Below the pieces are notes generated by a model. The model made no database searches, had not been told where the DNA came from, and saw only the letters and a list, made by a program, of their open reading frames with translations. The translations under genes and the position numbers were made by a program. This document shows, one piece after another, positions 27,051-39,929 of a DNA stretch of 64,000 nucleotides (within the stretch, counting starts at the first letter, position 1; the number at the start of each line of letters is the position of its first letter). The stretch is from Selaginella moellendorffii (Eukaryota; Plantae; Lycopodiophyta). The stretch spans positions 2,840,819-2,904,818 of the forward strand of contig NW_003314272.1 in the NCBI RefSeq assembly GCF_000143415.4, written 5' to 3'.

Positions 27051-28876
27051 TGTGAGACACAAAATCCCTAGGCCCCAAAGTGGAGCCGGAAAGGGTGCCA
27101 CGTGGTAGTGGCTGAAGCGAGAGCCAAACAAGCATAACACGTTTGGACCAAAAGCTCCGACTTGAAAAGTCAAGAGCGGGAGTGGAACTCCCAACGAAGC
27201 GCTCGAGGAACGAGCACGAAGCGAGCAAAAAGCGAGGCTCCAAAAAGGGACCCAAAAGGACCAACACATGACACGTGGAAGTGTCCGAGATGGACTCGAG
27301 ATGGAGTCCGAGGTGGAGTCCGAGATGGAGTCCGAGATGGACCCGAGATGGACCCGAGATGGAGTCCGAAATGGAGTCCGAGATGGAGTCCGAGATGGAC
27401 CTGAGATGGAGTCCGAGGTGGAGTCCGAGGTGGACCCGAGATGGACCCGAGATGGAGTCCGAGGTGGAGTCCGAGGTGGACCCAAGATGGACCCGAAATG
27501 GAGTCCGAGATGGAGTCCGAGATGGACCCGAGATGGAGTCCGAGATGGAGTCCGAGATGGAGTCCGAGATGGACCCGAGATGGGACCCGAGATGGACCCG
27601 AGATGGAGTCCGAGGTGGAGTCTGAGATGGAGTCCGAGATGGGCCCGAGATGGACCCGAGATGGAGTCCGAGATGGAGTCCGAGTTGGAGTCCGAGATGG
27701 ACCCGAGATGGAGTCCAAAGTCGAGACCAGGACCAAGACCGAGACCGGGACCGAGACCGAGACCAAGATCGGGACCGAGACCGAGGCCGAGGCCGAGCCC
27801 AAGTCCGAGTCCGAGTCCGAATCCGAGTTTGAGTCCGAGTCCAAGTCCGAGTCCGAGTCCGAGTCCGAGTCCGGAGCCTGAGAGGGTGAAAGCCCAAAGC
27901 GTTCGTCTCCCAGACCCTGGGGGTTTGGTGAGCTCCAAAAGTATAGTAGGGGGAGGACTGCAGTGGAGCCAGCTTGGCCAGGAAAGGCCAGTTTGGCCCA
28001 GGAAGGCCGGACCCAGTGTTGGGTGATGAGCTGCCCACTGGGAAGTCCAAGACTAGAGTGAACACGGACCGACAAGCGGGGTAGCTTGGTGAAGTGTTCA
28101 AGAGCCGGCTCTAGTTCCCTCGGGAGATCGACTGGCCGATGCTCCCAGTCCAAGTGTGGGTGGCACTACCTACTTGGATACCTGTCGTGGCTCAATGGAA
28201 CCTCGCTCTAAGCCCATGGCTAGAGCACCTAAAGGCGAAAGGCGGGGAGAGTACCTAGGTGGCTCGCGTAAGGCCACGGTGTTCCGAAATGTTGTCCCAA
28301 AGGCCCAGACTATGGAAAGGAAGAGGAGCAGTCCTCTAGGGCAGTGACCAAGGACACAGTCGTGTGGTGAGGAAGTCCCAGAGGACCGTGGGGCTTAGTG
28401 GTCGGGCCTGTGGGCCTCGATCTAGTGGCAGTGTTGGCAAACACGGCTAGAGGCAGAAAGGGACTTAGTGGGGACTGACAGAGGGATATTGGGGAAGGCT
28501 ATTCCCCTTGTCGGTGGGCATCCTAAGGATGCTAAGGAGTGGATCTGAGATGACCACTCACGGATGGTTTGCCTAGTCTTGGAGAGCCAAGACTGTGATG
28601 CAAGTGGTATTGGACTACCAGTGTGGCGAAGGTGATTGGGCATGGCCTTAGCGTAACGGGCTGCCATGTCGGTGGTACCTTTGAGTGTCGGTCATGGGAT
28701 CGGACACGTGGAGCATTGGGACCAAGTGCAAATGTTGAGTGGCATGGATGCCATTCTCGGGACTAGCAAGTCCCAAGTCTTGGATTGGACTTATGGAGGT
28801 TGTGAATGAGACTCCTCCAAGTGGTCAGAGGTATGGTTAAGTGACTAAAGTAGAATGGAAAATTTAGTCACTTACA
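27051..28876 (+). repeat. A2 3' LTR (1826 bp)
   Basis: Follows the PPT; ends CTTACA before the TSD. Confidence 0.93.
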
Positions 28877-29395
28877 TTGCGGTGCTCTTGACTTATGTGG
28901 AGTGGTGCCCCACTTAAGTATCTTGTGGCTCATTGATCCTCGCCCTTCCTAGGGGTTTGGGCCTTCCCTTCGGGATGGAAGTGGGGGGGGGGGGTTAGAG
29001 GTACCCATACCGGGCTGTTAGGCCATGGTATTTCACCCTGGCATCCCGAAGCAAGCGTTGCACCCAAGGCTTGGGATTTAGAGGGTCCCATGATCAAGTT
29101 TTGTTGTACCAAGGGATGTTAGGAACTTGGAGGCTTGGTGTGCTTGGCTGCGTGTAGTTGAACATTAAGTCCAATCTAACCCGAGAGGGGGATTAGGAGA
29201 GATTTGGGAATCCGTGGATGGATGGCTAATGCTCCGTTGTTCGTGCAGTAAATAACTGAAACCAAGTAGGACTAAGTAGGAGCTGGTACAATAAGCGAGA
29301 ACCTTGACAAGGGAACTTAGCTAAAATCTAAGGTAGTGTTGGTCGGATAAACGAGGTAAGCTAACAAATTGGAAAGGAAAATTTTGTGGCTTGCA

Positions 29396-30703
29396 ATACC
29401 TTTCAAACATCATGAACGTGTTCTTCCCATGTCTCCTTCAAGTGGATTAAGACATTATTGAAGAAGTCAGTAGTCACCTCTTATATATTATAAAGAACCT
29501 CATCCACCATCAATTAGAAAATTGCTAGAACATTGTTCAAACCAAATGGCATCACCAAAAACTCATATAAACTAAATGGTGTACAAAAAAAAATCTTGGA
29601 AATATACTCTTTAGCCATCAATATTTGCCAGTACCCAAAGCAAAATCAAACTTGGTGAACCAATAACTTATCCCTAGCTGATCTAGGAGATTAGCAGTGT
29701 AAGAAAAAGAGTATACATATGAAATAGTCACTTTTTTTAATGGATGGTAGTTGATATAAAAACTAATACTCCTATCAGATTTCGTTACAAGGTGAGGTTC
29801 ATATGTCCAAGGATTCCACAACTTTTGAATAACACCATTTTCCAAATTTCATTGATGTTTGTATGTAAAATCTTGATCTCCTTTGGTGACCAATGACGAA
29901 TAGGAACCTTGATTGAATGAGCATCCCTAATTAAAATAAGATGATATATTGTAATCTTGGCCCTAGATGAAAAGTCAAATTCGAAGAGATTAGCATACTT
30001 CTTCATGAGTCAGTGAACCATTGCAATGCAAAAATTGTTAAAGGGATTTGAAAAGGGAATAAAGGAATAAGATGGAAACATAAGAGGAATGAGGAGACAA
30101 AAGTGATGGAAACAAAAGTAGAAATAGAGAGATAAAGAAAAAATAAAAGTGAGAAGAATGAAAGAAAGATAAAAAACTATGAAACAATTATAGGAGAAGC
30201 CTCAAAGTTATATTTGGCATGATTATACGCAACCAATCTATACCAAGGATGAGGTTAAAATTTTGACTCAGCACCACCCTCAACGACAGAAGCTCAACCT
30301 TGAGATTGCCCACACATACAACTAGGTCTGCCTCGTTTCGTGCATATGCATGTGTATAGCTGTTGCCATATAAATATAAAAATTGGCTTTGCCACACAGG
30401 ACGGCAATGTGTGGCAATAGGCCAAGCAATAGAAGATAAATTCAAGTCTATATCAACTAATATAAAAAGAATAATAAAAAACCTTTTGTTATAAAAATGA
30501 ACTTGAAAAGTAAACATTGGATAAACTAATGCCAAATAAACCCCTTGATGATACTCTTGAAAAAAAAATGAATGGGTCATTGACTTATTCACATAAGAAC
30601 CCTTCACTACTCATGCGACTCCTCGTTTCCCAGAAGCATCTTAGGACGCTAATTTGGAAAATGCTAACAATACTGATAAGTGTGACCAACCTCATCATAC
30701 GTC
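29396..30703 (-). pseudogene. Ancient gypsy element E: gag zinc knuckle, protease and RT 5' half
   Basis: EVGHTYQYC knuckle remnant; FNLILGIDWL protease; TANLLDQLG..WFTKFDFALG RT; many lesions. Confidence 0.75.
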
Positions 30704-31783
30704 TGTGAGTGATTAAATTTTCCATTTTACTTTAATCACTTAACTACACCTCTAACCACTTGGAGAAGTCTCACTCATAACCTCCATAAGTCCTATTTTG
30801 GACTTGGGGACTTGCTAGCTTTGTAAATGGCATCTATGCCATATAGCCTTTGCACTTGATTTGAGTGCTCCACGTGTCTGATCCCATGACCGACACCCAA
30901 AGGTACCACTGACATATCAGCCCATTACGCTAAGGCTATATCCATTCACCCTAGTCACATCAATAGTCCAAGACCATTTACATCACAGTCCTGTCTCTCA
31001 AAAACTAGGCTATCCATACATGAGTGATCATCCCTTGACCACACCTTAGCACCCTTAGGATGCTTAAAGATATGGGGAACACTTTTCCCCGATGTCCCTT
31101 CTTCCATTTCCACAAGTCCCTCTCCATCCATGATTGTGCTCACCAACATTGCCACTGGGTCAAGGCCCAAAGGCTTGACTACTAAGTTCTATTAACCTCT
31201 AAGACTTCCTCACCATGTGACTATATCCTTGGTCACTATACCAAAGGATTACTCCTTTTCCTTTTCATAGTCTAGGACTTTGGGATGACCTTTCAAAACA
31301 CTGTGGCCTTATGCGAGCCTCATGGGTACTCTCCCCACCTTCCACCCTTAAGTGCCTTAGCTATGTGGCTAGAGCGAGGTTTCAATGAGCCACGCAAAGT
31401 ATCCAAGTATGTAGTGCCACCCCCGCTTGGATTGGGAGCATCGATTATTCGATCTCCCAGGGGAGCTAGAATTGACTCTTAAACACTTCACCAAGCTACC
31501 CCATTTGTCTGTCTGTATTCACTCTAGCCTTGGACTCCTCAGTAGATATATCATAACCCAACACGTGGGTATAGCCTTCCTTGGTCACACTGGCTTTTCT
31601 TGGCCAAACTGGCTCCACTAAAGTCCCCCCTTTACTATATACTTTTGGAGCTCAGGGTCTGGGAGACAATCGCTTTAGGCTTTCACCCTTGGACTTGAAC
31701 TTGGACTTGGACTTGGTCTCGATTTTGGACTCGGTCTTAGACTCAAGGACTTGGTCTTAGTCTCGGTCTTAGTCTCGGTCTTG
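30704..31783 (-). repeat. Diverged, truncated family A LTR (reverse)
   Basis: Reverse complement of the 3' ~1.1 kb of the A LTR; directly abuts element E with no PBS. Confidence 0.8.
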
Positions 31784-32036
31784 GTGCAACGTATGTACAT
31801 TACTCAATGTCCCTTAGAGACTAGTACAAAAGCAAATCGCTCATAGTGCTACTCTCTCAATAAAACCATCTTGCTATTTCCCACCTAATGGTGATCACTG
31901 CCTTTTAATTGGGGTTGCTACAATTGCCTCCTCTACAAAGCATCCAGTGCCAAATCACCTTGTCTTGCCTCTTTGACTACAGTAGCTTTACTAAGTGGAT
32001 ATATCATCACCCAACGCATGGGTATAGCCTTCCTTG

Positions 32037-33166
32037 TGTAAGGAACCAACTCGCCAAGGTGTCGTAGGCTAAAGGATCCCTGAAAACATGACCAAAATGA
32101 CAAAGAGTTCATCAGATGGGACCGAGTCGAAGATCGAGTCCAAGACCGACTCTGAGACCGAGTTCGAGATAGAGTCCGGGATCAAGTTTGAGGCCAAATC
32201 GGAGATCGAGTTTGAGACTGAGTTTGAGACCGAGTTTGAGACAGAGTCCGAGATCCAAATCGGGTCCGAGACCGAGTCGGAGGTCAAGTCCGAAGTCGAG
32301 TCCGAGATCAGGTCTGAGATCGAGTTCGAGATTGAGTTTGAGATCGAGTCCAAAGTCGGGTCCGAGATCAAGTCCGAGACCGAGTCCAAGTACTAATACT
32401 GGTCAAGGGGTGAAAGCCCAAAGCGTGCGTCTCCCAAGGGGTTCCAAAAGTATAGTAGGGATAGTGAGATCCAGGAACCAGTCTTGAATGAACTCTCTAG
32501 TGGTGCTTCCAAACTGAGTTGAGGTTGAGATTGGGGCCGAGGGGCCTTGGGTGGGAGTGCGCAGGGACTTGGGTGGTGCTGGAGGGGCCACCCTAAGAAG
32601 TGCTCAAGAGTAGCTCCCACTCTCGAAAGGGAAATTGACTGTGGTGCTCCCGGCTCATGTGGAGTGGTGCCCCACTTGAGTACCATGCGGCTCATTGGTC
32701 CTCGCCCTTCCTAGGGGCTTGGGCCTTCCTTCGGGATGGAAGTGGGGGGGTAGAGGTACCCATACTGGGTTGTTAGGCCACGGTGTTTCGCCCCAGCATC
32801 CCGAAGCAAGTGTTGCACCCAAGACTTGGGATTTAAAGGGTCCCATGATCAAGTCTTGTGGTACCAAAGGGGTGTTAGGAACCTAGAGGCTTGGTGTGCT
32901 TGGCTACTTGTGCCTGTGGGGAGTGTAGCCAAACCTTAAGTCCAGTCTAACTCAGGGAGGGGGATTGGGAGAGATTTGGGAATCCGTGGATGGATGCCTA
33001 ACGCTCCGTTGCTCGTGCAGTGAGTAGCTGAAACCAAGTAGGCCCAAGTAGCAGCTGGTACCATAGGTGGGAACCTTGGCGAGGGAACTTAGCAAAAGCC
33101 AAGGTAGTGTTGGACGGGTAGATGAGGTAAGCTGGCAAATTGGAAAGGAAAAATTTGTGGCTTACA
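32037..33166 (+). repeat. B1 5' LTR (1130 bp)
   Basis: TGTAAGG...CTTACA, followed by the PBS. Confidence 0.93.
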
Positions 33167-33225
33167 ATTTGGTATTGGAGCCTTTTCCTCAGTTCTAACG
33201 AAGGATAGAGGCGGATTGCTGAGAG

Positions 33226-36200
33226 ATGGCAAAGGCAGGGCGGAAGCGAACCAAGGCGGAGACGAAACCTCCTCTAGAGCTGGAGCCTCCGATCGAACGA
33301 GAGGCTATAGATGTGGAATCCTTGCATGAGGAGGACTCCAGTGAGGAAACTTCCAAACAAGAGTCCAGTGGCAAGGTTCGGTCGTCCAAGGCTCAATTGG
33401 ACGTTCTAGAAGGACAATTGGCACAGACCAATGCCCTGCTGGAGACTCTCGTATGCAAGCTAAAGCATGACGAGAAGCGGAAGAAAAAGCGAAAGACTAC
33501 GGATGCTGGCAGCGCAGAAGGTGCAGACCTTTCGGTAGGGACTGAGGTAGAACCAAACAAGGTCGAACAGACCAAAGTGGAATCAGTCCTTCAAGTAGTT
33601 CCCAAGTACAAACCAAAGCCCCCACCGGTCTTCAAGGGAGTGAATGACTATAAGGTGGTGGAGGATTGGTTTTACGATATGGAGGATTACTTCCGAGTGT
33701 TGTGATTACCGAGCTTGGAGAAGGTCCCATGTGCAAAACCATACTTGGCAAATAATGCCAAGTCTTGGTGGAAAATGACGGAGGCCAACGAAGGACCGGT
33801 GGCCACTTGGGACATGATGAAGGCGAGGATCCGCGCAACTTACATTCCTCTGAATGCTACTTTACATCTAAGAGACGAGCTGAGTAAGCTGAAGTAGACC
33901 GGAACCATGTAGGAGTATGTGAATGGGTTTATGGCAAAGAGGATACTTGTCACAGACATGGGGGATATGGATGCGTTCCATGCCTTCATATCAGGTTTGC
34001 AAACCTAGGCTCGCGGTGAGGTGATGCGCTGGAACCCGACCAACTACAAGGAAGCGTTGGATGTGGCCATCAATGTGCATTTCAACGATAACCTGCAAAA
34101 AGGGAATGCGACAGAGTCGGGGTCCACATTTAGCAAAGGGGCCAAACCAAGGGGAACATATAGCAAAGGGAAATTCAAGAAGAGTTTCTCTAAGAATGAG
34201 TCCTTGGGGTTCCGAAAAGGCAAATCCGGTGGCCAGCGAGCGAGTACATAGGGGAGTCAAGCAAAAAGAGACAAACCCACGGATAAGAAGGTCAAGTTGT
34301 TTAGCAGCATGGGAAACACGTATGCTACAACTACAGTGAAGTGGGACACTTTTCGAGGGAATGTCCCTACCCGAAGAAGGCCAGAGCCAATATAGCCATT
34401 AAGTCGGGTGAAGTCCAAACTGAGGTATGTGATTTAGTCCCTAGCTCATGGTAGAGAGTCGTTCGCGACATCTACTAGCCCTCCAAGGGAAGCTCAGGGG
34501 TAGCTTTGTTAAGATCCTTATTGACACAGGTGCTTCAGATAATTTTGTGGCTGCAGACATAGTCCAGCAAGCCGGACTAACAATGCAGCGGCTGGGCGAA
34601 CCAAGGACTATAGAGTTTGTTCAAGGTAGCCAAAGCACCAATGAGGTACTTCGACAAGCGAGAGTCGAAGTAGGGACTTGGAAAGTAGACATGGATTTCA
34701 CTGTGTTGGACATGGCGGGATTTGATGTGATCTTTGGGATGGATTAGTTCAATCGGTTCGTGGTAGCCTTGCATAGACAAGGTAGGAACCTTGTGGTACT
34801 AGCGAATGCCCAAGGAAGAAGATCCAGGGTGGAGGCCCAGGATCTAAAGGTAGGGCAATGCAAGGCCAAAGATTCATGCCTAAACCTGGTGTCCACGAGG
34901 GGACAACTCACTAAAGGGACCAAGGCTGCATTTTTGTGCTTACTCTCTGTGAAGAGTGACAAAAAGACAGGAACAGAAGAAGTACCTTTAGTGATCCAGC
35001 GGGTGTTGGACCAATTCTAGGATACCATGCCGGAGGAGCTACTAGCGGGGTTGCCCCCCGCACGACCGATAGAATATAAGATTGAGTTGGTCGAGGGTGC
35101 TGAGGCGGTGGTTCGTCCCCCCTATCATTTGAACGAAAAAGAACTCGCTGAGCTCAAGCACCAACTAAAGGAGTTGGTGTACAAATGGTATGTTAGGTTG
35201 AGCAAGTCACTGTATGGGGCGCCGGTGCTATTTGTGAAAAAGAAAGATGGATCTATGCGCATGTGCATAGACTACCGGTTGTTCAACAAATATACAAAGA
35301 AGAACAAGTACCCTTTGCCAAGGATTGAGAATCTGTTCGATAGGTTAGGAAAGGCAAAATACTTCTCAAGGATTGACCTAAGGTCAGGATACTACTAGAT
35401 TAGGGTAGCAGAGGAAGATGTTGAGAAGATAACCTGTCAAACAAAGTATGGGAGCTTCGAGTTTCTAGTGATGCCCTTCAGGCTATGCAATGCGCTAGCA
35501 ACATTTTCAGCATTGATGAACCATATCTTTGTACTCTATCTGGATCACTTTGTGGTCGTCTATATTGACGACATCCTGATCTATAGCAAAACGCTAGAGG
35601 AGCATGCCAAACATTTGACAAAGGTGTTTGAGAAACTAAGGGAACACCAACTGTATGCTAAAGAGAGCAAATGTGACTTTGCTCAGCAAGAGGTAAAGTT
35701 TCTCGGGCATGTGGTGGGCAAGGACGGGCTTAAGGTGGACCCTAAGAAGGTTCAAGCGATCCAGGATTGAGAGCGACCATTGAATGTACATGAGTTAAGG
35801 GCATTCTTGGGGCTATGCAACTACTATCAAAAGCTTATCAGACACTATTCGAGAGTAACTCTACCCTTAACGGACCAAACAGAAAAAGTGAAGATGGTAT
35901 GGACAGCGGAATGCGAGGTGGCATTCGTCCACCTCAAGGGGAAGTTGAGGAAGGCTCCCATGTTGGCATTACCAGACTTTGGTAAGGACTTTGAGGTAGA
36001 AACAGATGCTTCAGACTTTGCGTTGGGCGTAGTTTTGAAGCAAGACAACCATCTAGTAGCGTTCTTCTCAAAGAAGTTGGACAAGGCTCAACGGAAGTGG
36101 CCTACCCATGAAAAGGAATTGTTTGCGGTGGTCAAGGCACTTAAGGAGTGGCGACACTACCTTGGGAGACACTTCAAGGTTTACACGGACAATGTGGCAA

Positions 36201-37940
36201 CGAAACACTTCTTGTCACAACCCGACCTGAGGGGAAAACAATGTCGGTGGGCCAATGCTTTGGCCGAGTTTGATTGCGAGATTCTGTACAAGCCTGGGAA
36301 GAGCAACATCGTGGCAGATGCGCTAAGTCAAAAAGCGAGCTTGAAGTTGGCGATATTCAGTGCGACAACAGCCTTTTGGGATGATGTGCGGACCGCATAC
36401 GAAAACAATGGTCTAGCACAAGAGGAATCTAGAGGCACGGGAAGCTCACCAGAGAGGTGAGCTGCCAACGGAAGAGAAAATGGGCTATGCGGAACGCAAC
36501 GGACTCATATATTACAAGCAAATGAGGGTGTATGTTCTAGAAGGGGAACTAAGGAAGGTAGCTTTAGAAGAGTGTCATAACGGACCTCTTGCGGGACACG
36601 GCAGAGTGCCCAAGACAATGGGTTTACTCAAGAGAAAGTACCACTGGCCAGATATGGCTAAGGACGTCGAAGACTATGTAAAGACATGTCCAACATGTTA
36701 GCAGGTCAAAGCCGTGACTAAGGCTAGTGGGGGCTTGTTACAAAGCATCCCAATTCCAGATCATCCGTGGAAATGTCTGACGATTGACTTCATCACGGGA
36801 CTCCCTCCAAGCGAGGGGTTCGATGCGATATTTGTGGTGGTGGATTGATTTTCGAAGATGGCACATTTCATACCCACCACAACGGAAGTGGATGCGGAAG
36901 GTGTGGCGAAGCTGTTCTTCGAACAAGTGGTTCAAGTGCGGGGAAGGCCAGAAGAGATTATCTCAGATCAAGATAAGATATTCACCAGTAGGTTCTGGAG
37001 AACACTCCTGGAACAGTATCGCACCAAGTTGAAATTCAGCACAGCCTATCACCCATAGACAGATAATGGGTATTAAGTCAAGTTTGATGGCACTAACACT
37101 TCTTGACAAACAGACAAACGGAAAGGGTGAATAGGCAGCTAGAGGATTATTTGCGATGCTATGTCTCGGGAGACCAGACTGATTGGGTAAGTCATTTGGG
37201 ACTTGCGGAAATGTGTTATAACAACTCACCACATTCAAGCATCGGGGTGAGTCCATAGGAAGTCATCAATGGGCGAGCTATTGAAGGTCTTATGGAACTC
37301 AGCGTGGCCGAGTATCATGGAGAGTTACCCGTAGTGGAGGCATTCATGGCAGAAAGACTCAACATTTGGAATCTAGTGAGGGATTCCTTGGAATGGGCTC
37401 AACAAAGGCAAATCAAGTACGCGAACTAGAAGCACCGGGATGTAGAGTTCCAAGCTAGGGAAAAGGTGTGGCTGAACACCAAGAACCTCAGGCTACCAAG
37501 TGGGATCAGCTGGAAGTTGACCCAAAGGTAAAAATGCATGTATTCCTGTAAATGAATTGATCTTGAATTCCTTAAGTAGGTTTGTAGGGCCTTATGAGAT
37601 TGAAGCTCGAATCAGTAAAGTGGCTTACCGTCTCTAACTTCCTCGAGAGATGGGGAAGATGCACCCCGTGTTCCATGTGAACTTACTCAATCCGTATTTT
37701 GAGGATCCGCCTCGCAAGGACCAAGTAAGACCTTTACCTGAGGTGATCCAAGGGGAAGAGGAATACGAAGTCGAGGCCATCCTCAATGTGCGCAAGAGCA
37801 AGCAACAAGGACGTGAGGTGAGAGAGTTCTATGTGAAGTGGAAAGGATTTCCACACTGCGAAGCAACATGGGAACCAGAGGAGAACCTAGCGAATGTGTG
37901 AGGTCTAGTGGAGGAATTTCTACAAGGCAGAACTCTATGT
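33226..37940 (+). pseudogene. gag-pol: B1 gag-pol with C-terminal chromodomain; stops, frameshifts and two putative introns
   Basis: Gag PPVFKG..VEDWF; knuckle CYNxSEVGHFSREC; PR LIDTGAS; RT YIDDIL; RH ETDASDF; IN HNGPLAGH..CPTC; chromodomain EYEVEAIL..FYVKWKGF..TWEPEENL. Confidence 0.93.
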
Positions 37941-38362
37941 ACTTATGCAAAGTTCAATTAAAGTATCAATTTGTGAAGTTGAGTAATGGTATATGTTGGG
38001 ACCCGAAGGCGCGCCGAAGGTAAGCTAATTAGTATGGGTTAGCTAGGTTGACCAAGTGTAGGGAACTACGCCCAACTCCCTGCGGGGATGTCGAATTCGT
38101 AAATGTATTCTATAAAGGTTGGGTTTGAGTCCCAACCCCCTAGTAAAGCAAGGCTAGGTTCAAGTCCCGACCCCATACTAGGGCGTGGTGAGGTGGAGTA
38201 TAGGGACACCTATATTCTGTTGTCATGGGCTCTTGGCTGGGGAGGCTAACTTAGGCACACCGCTAAGTGGGGGGATGCCCCCGGAGACATGGTCAACAAG
38301 TCGTAGGATAAAAAAATAGACGTTCGATGTGGGCATCAAACTTCTTCTATGGGTGGTGGAGT

Positions 38363-39514
38363 TGTAAGGAACCAACTCGCCAAGGTGTCGTAGGCTAAAG
38401 GATCCCCGAAAGCATGACCAAAATGATAAAGAGTTCATCGGATGGGACCGAGTTGAAGATCGAGTCCAAGACCGACTCTGAGACCGAGTTCGAGATAGAG
38501 TCCAGGATCGAGTCCGAGGCCGAGTTCGAGACCGAGTTCGAGACAGAGTCCGAGATCCAAATCGGGTCCGAGACTGAGTCCGAGGTCGAGTCCAAAGTCG
38601 AGTCCAAGATTGGGTCCGAGATTGAGTCTGAGACCGAGTCCGAAGTCGGGTCCGAGATCGAGTCTGAGACCGAGTCCGAAGTCGGGTCCGAGATCGAGTT
38701 CGAGATCAAGTCCGAGACACTGAGTTCGAGTACTAATATGGGTCAAGGGGTGAAAGCCCAAAGCGTGCGTCTCCCGGGGGGGGGGGGGGGGGGGCTGCAG
38801 GGGGTTCCAAAAGTATAGTAGGGATAGTGAGGTTCAGGAATCAATCTTGAAGGAACTCTTTAGTGGTGCTTCCAAACTGAGTTGAGGTTGAGATTGGGGC
38901 CGAGGGGCCTTGGGTGGGAGTGAGCAGGGACTTGGGTGGTGTCGGAGGGGCCACCCCAGGAAGTGCTCAAGAGCAGCTCCCACTCCTGAAAGGGAAACTG
39001 ACTGTGATGCTCCCGGCTCATGTGGAGTGGTGCCCCACTTGAGTACCATGCGGCTCATTGGTCCTCACCTTTCCTAGGGGCTTGGGCCTTCCTTCGGGAT
39101 GGAAGTGGGGGGGTAGAGGTACCCATACCGAGTTGTTAGGCCACGGTGTTTCGCCCCAGCATCCCAAAGCAAGTGTTGCACCCAAGACTTGGGATTTAGA
39201 GGGTCCCATAATCAAGTCTTGTGGTACCAAGGGGTGTTAGGAACCTGAAGGCTTGGTGTATTTAGCTACTTGTGCCTGCGGGAAGTGTAGCTGAACTTTA
39301 AGTCCAGTGTAACCTAGGGAGGGGGATTGGGAGAGATTTGGGAATCCGTGGATGGATGGCTAACGCTCTGTTGCTTGTGCAGTGAGTAGCTGAAACCAAG
39401 TAGGCCCAAGTAGGAGCTAGTACCATAGGTGGGAACCTTGGTGAAGGAATTTAGCAAAACCCAAGGCAGTGTTGGTAAGCTGGCAAATTGGAAAGGAAAA
39501 ATTTGTGGCTTACA
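38363..39514 (+). repeat. B1 3' LTR (1152 bp)
   Basis: Follows the PPT; ends CTTACA. Confidence 0.93.
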
Positions 39515-39929
39515 CTTTGGTCACACTAGCATTTCCTAGCTAAATTGGATCTACTAGAATGCCCCCCTTATTATACTTTTAGAGCTCACCAAATCCCCTA
39601 GGGTTTGGGAGACAATTGCTTTGGGCTTTCACCCTTGGACTCGGACTCAGACTTGGACTCGGTCTTGGACATAGTCTCAGACTTAGACTCAGTCTTGGTC
39701 TTGGTCTCGGTTTCAGTCTTAGTCTCTTTCTTAGCCTTGACCTCGGATTCCATCTTGGGTCCACTTGAACTCAACCTTGGACTCCATCTCAAGTTCATCT
39801 CGAACTTGACCTCGGACTCCATTTTGGTCCATCTCAGACTCGACGTTAGACTCCATCTCGAGTCCATCTCAGACTCAACCTTGGACTCAACCTTGGTGTA
39901 AACTCCTGAGTTTGGACTTGACACCCTCG

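Larger units (their letters stand above)
21261..28876 (+). mobile_element. Complete family A non-autonomous LTR retrotransposon A2 (7.6 kb)
   Basis: LTRs 21261-22950 and 27051-28876; PBS TGGTATCGGAGC at 22954-22965; PPT at 27039-27049; perfect TTGCG TSD; 4.1-kb internal region with no recognisable gag/pol ORF. Confidence 0.95.
20654..29395 (+). repeat. Family B solo LTR (20654-21260 plus 28882-29395), split by element A2
   Basis: TGTAAGGAAC...GGCTTGCA, homologous to 32037-33166; flanked by ATACT/ATACC TSD; no PBS or PPT. Confidence 0.88.
32037..39514 (+). mobile_element. Full-length Ty3/gypsy chromovirus B1 (group-I chromodomain, Tcn1-like), decayed
   Basis: LTRs 32037-33166 and 38363-39514; PBS at 33170-33182; PPT at 38351-38361; TSD CCTTG/CTTTG; gag-PR-RT-RH-IN-chromodomain order. 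Confidence 0.95.
31965..39920 (-). repeat. Second diverged family A LTR fragment (~31965-32036 plus 39515-~39920), host of element B1
   Basis: ...GGTATAGCCTTCCTTG | GTCACACT... is continuous across B1 and matches the A LTR reverse complement. Confidence 0.7.

Noticed and set aside
34291-34444. Additional introns in B1 gag (34291-34307 and 34425-34444)
   Set aside because: Removal would restore frame, but 17 and 20 nt are too short for spliceosomal introns; simple frameshifts are more parsimonious.
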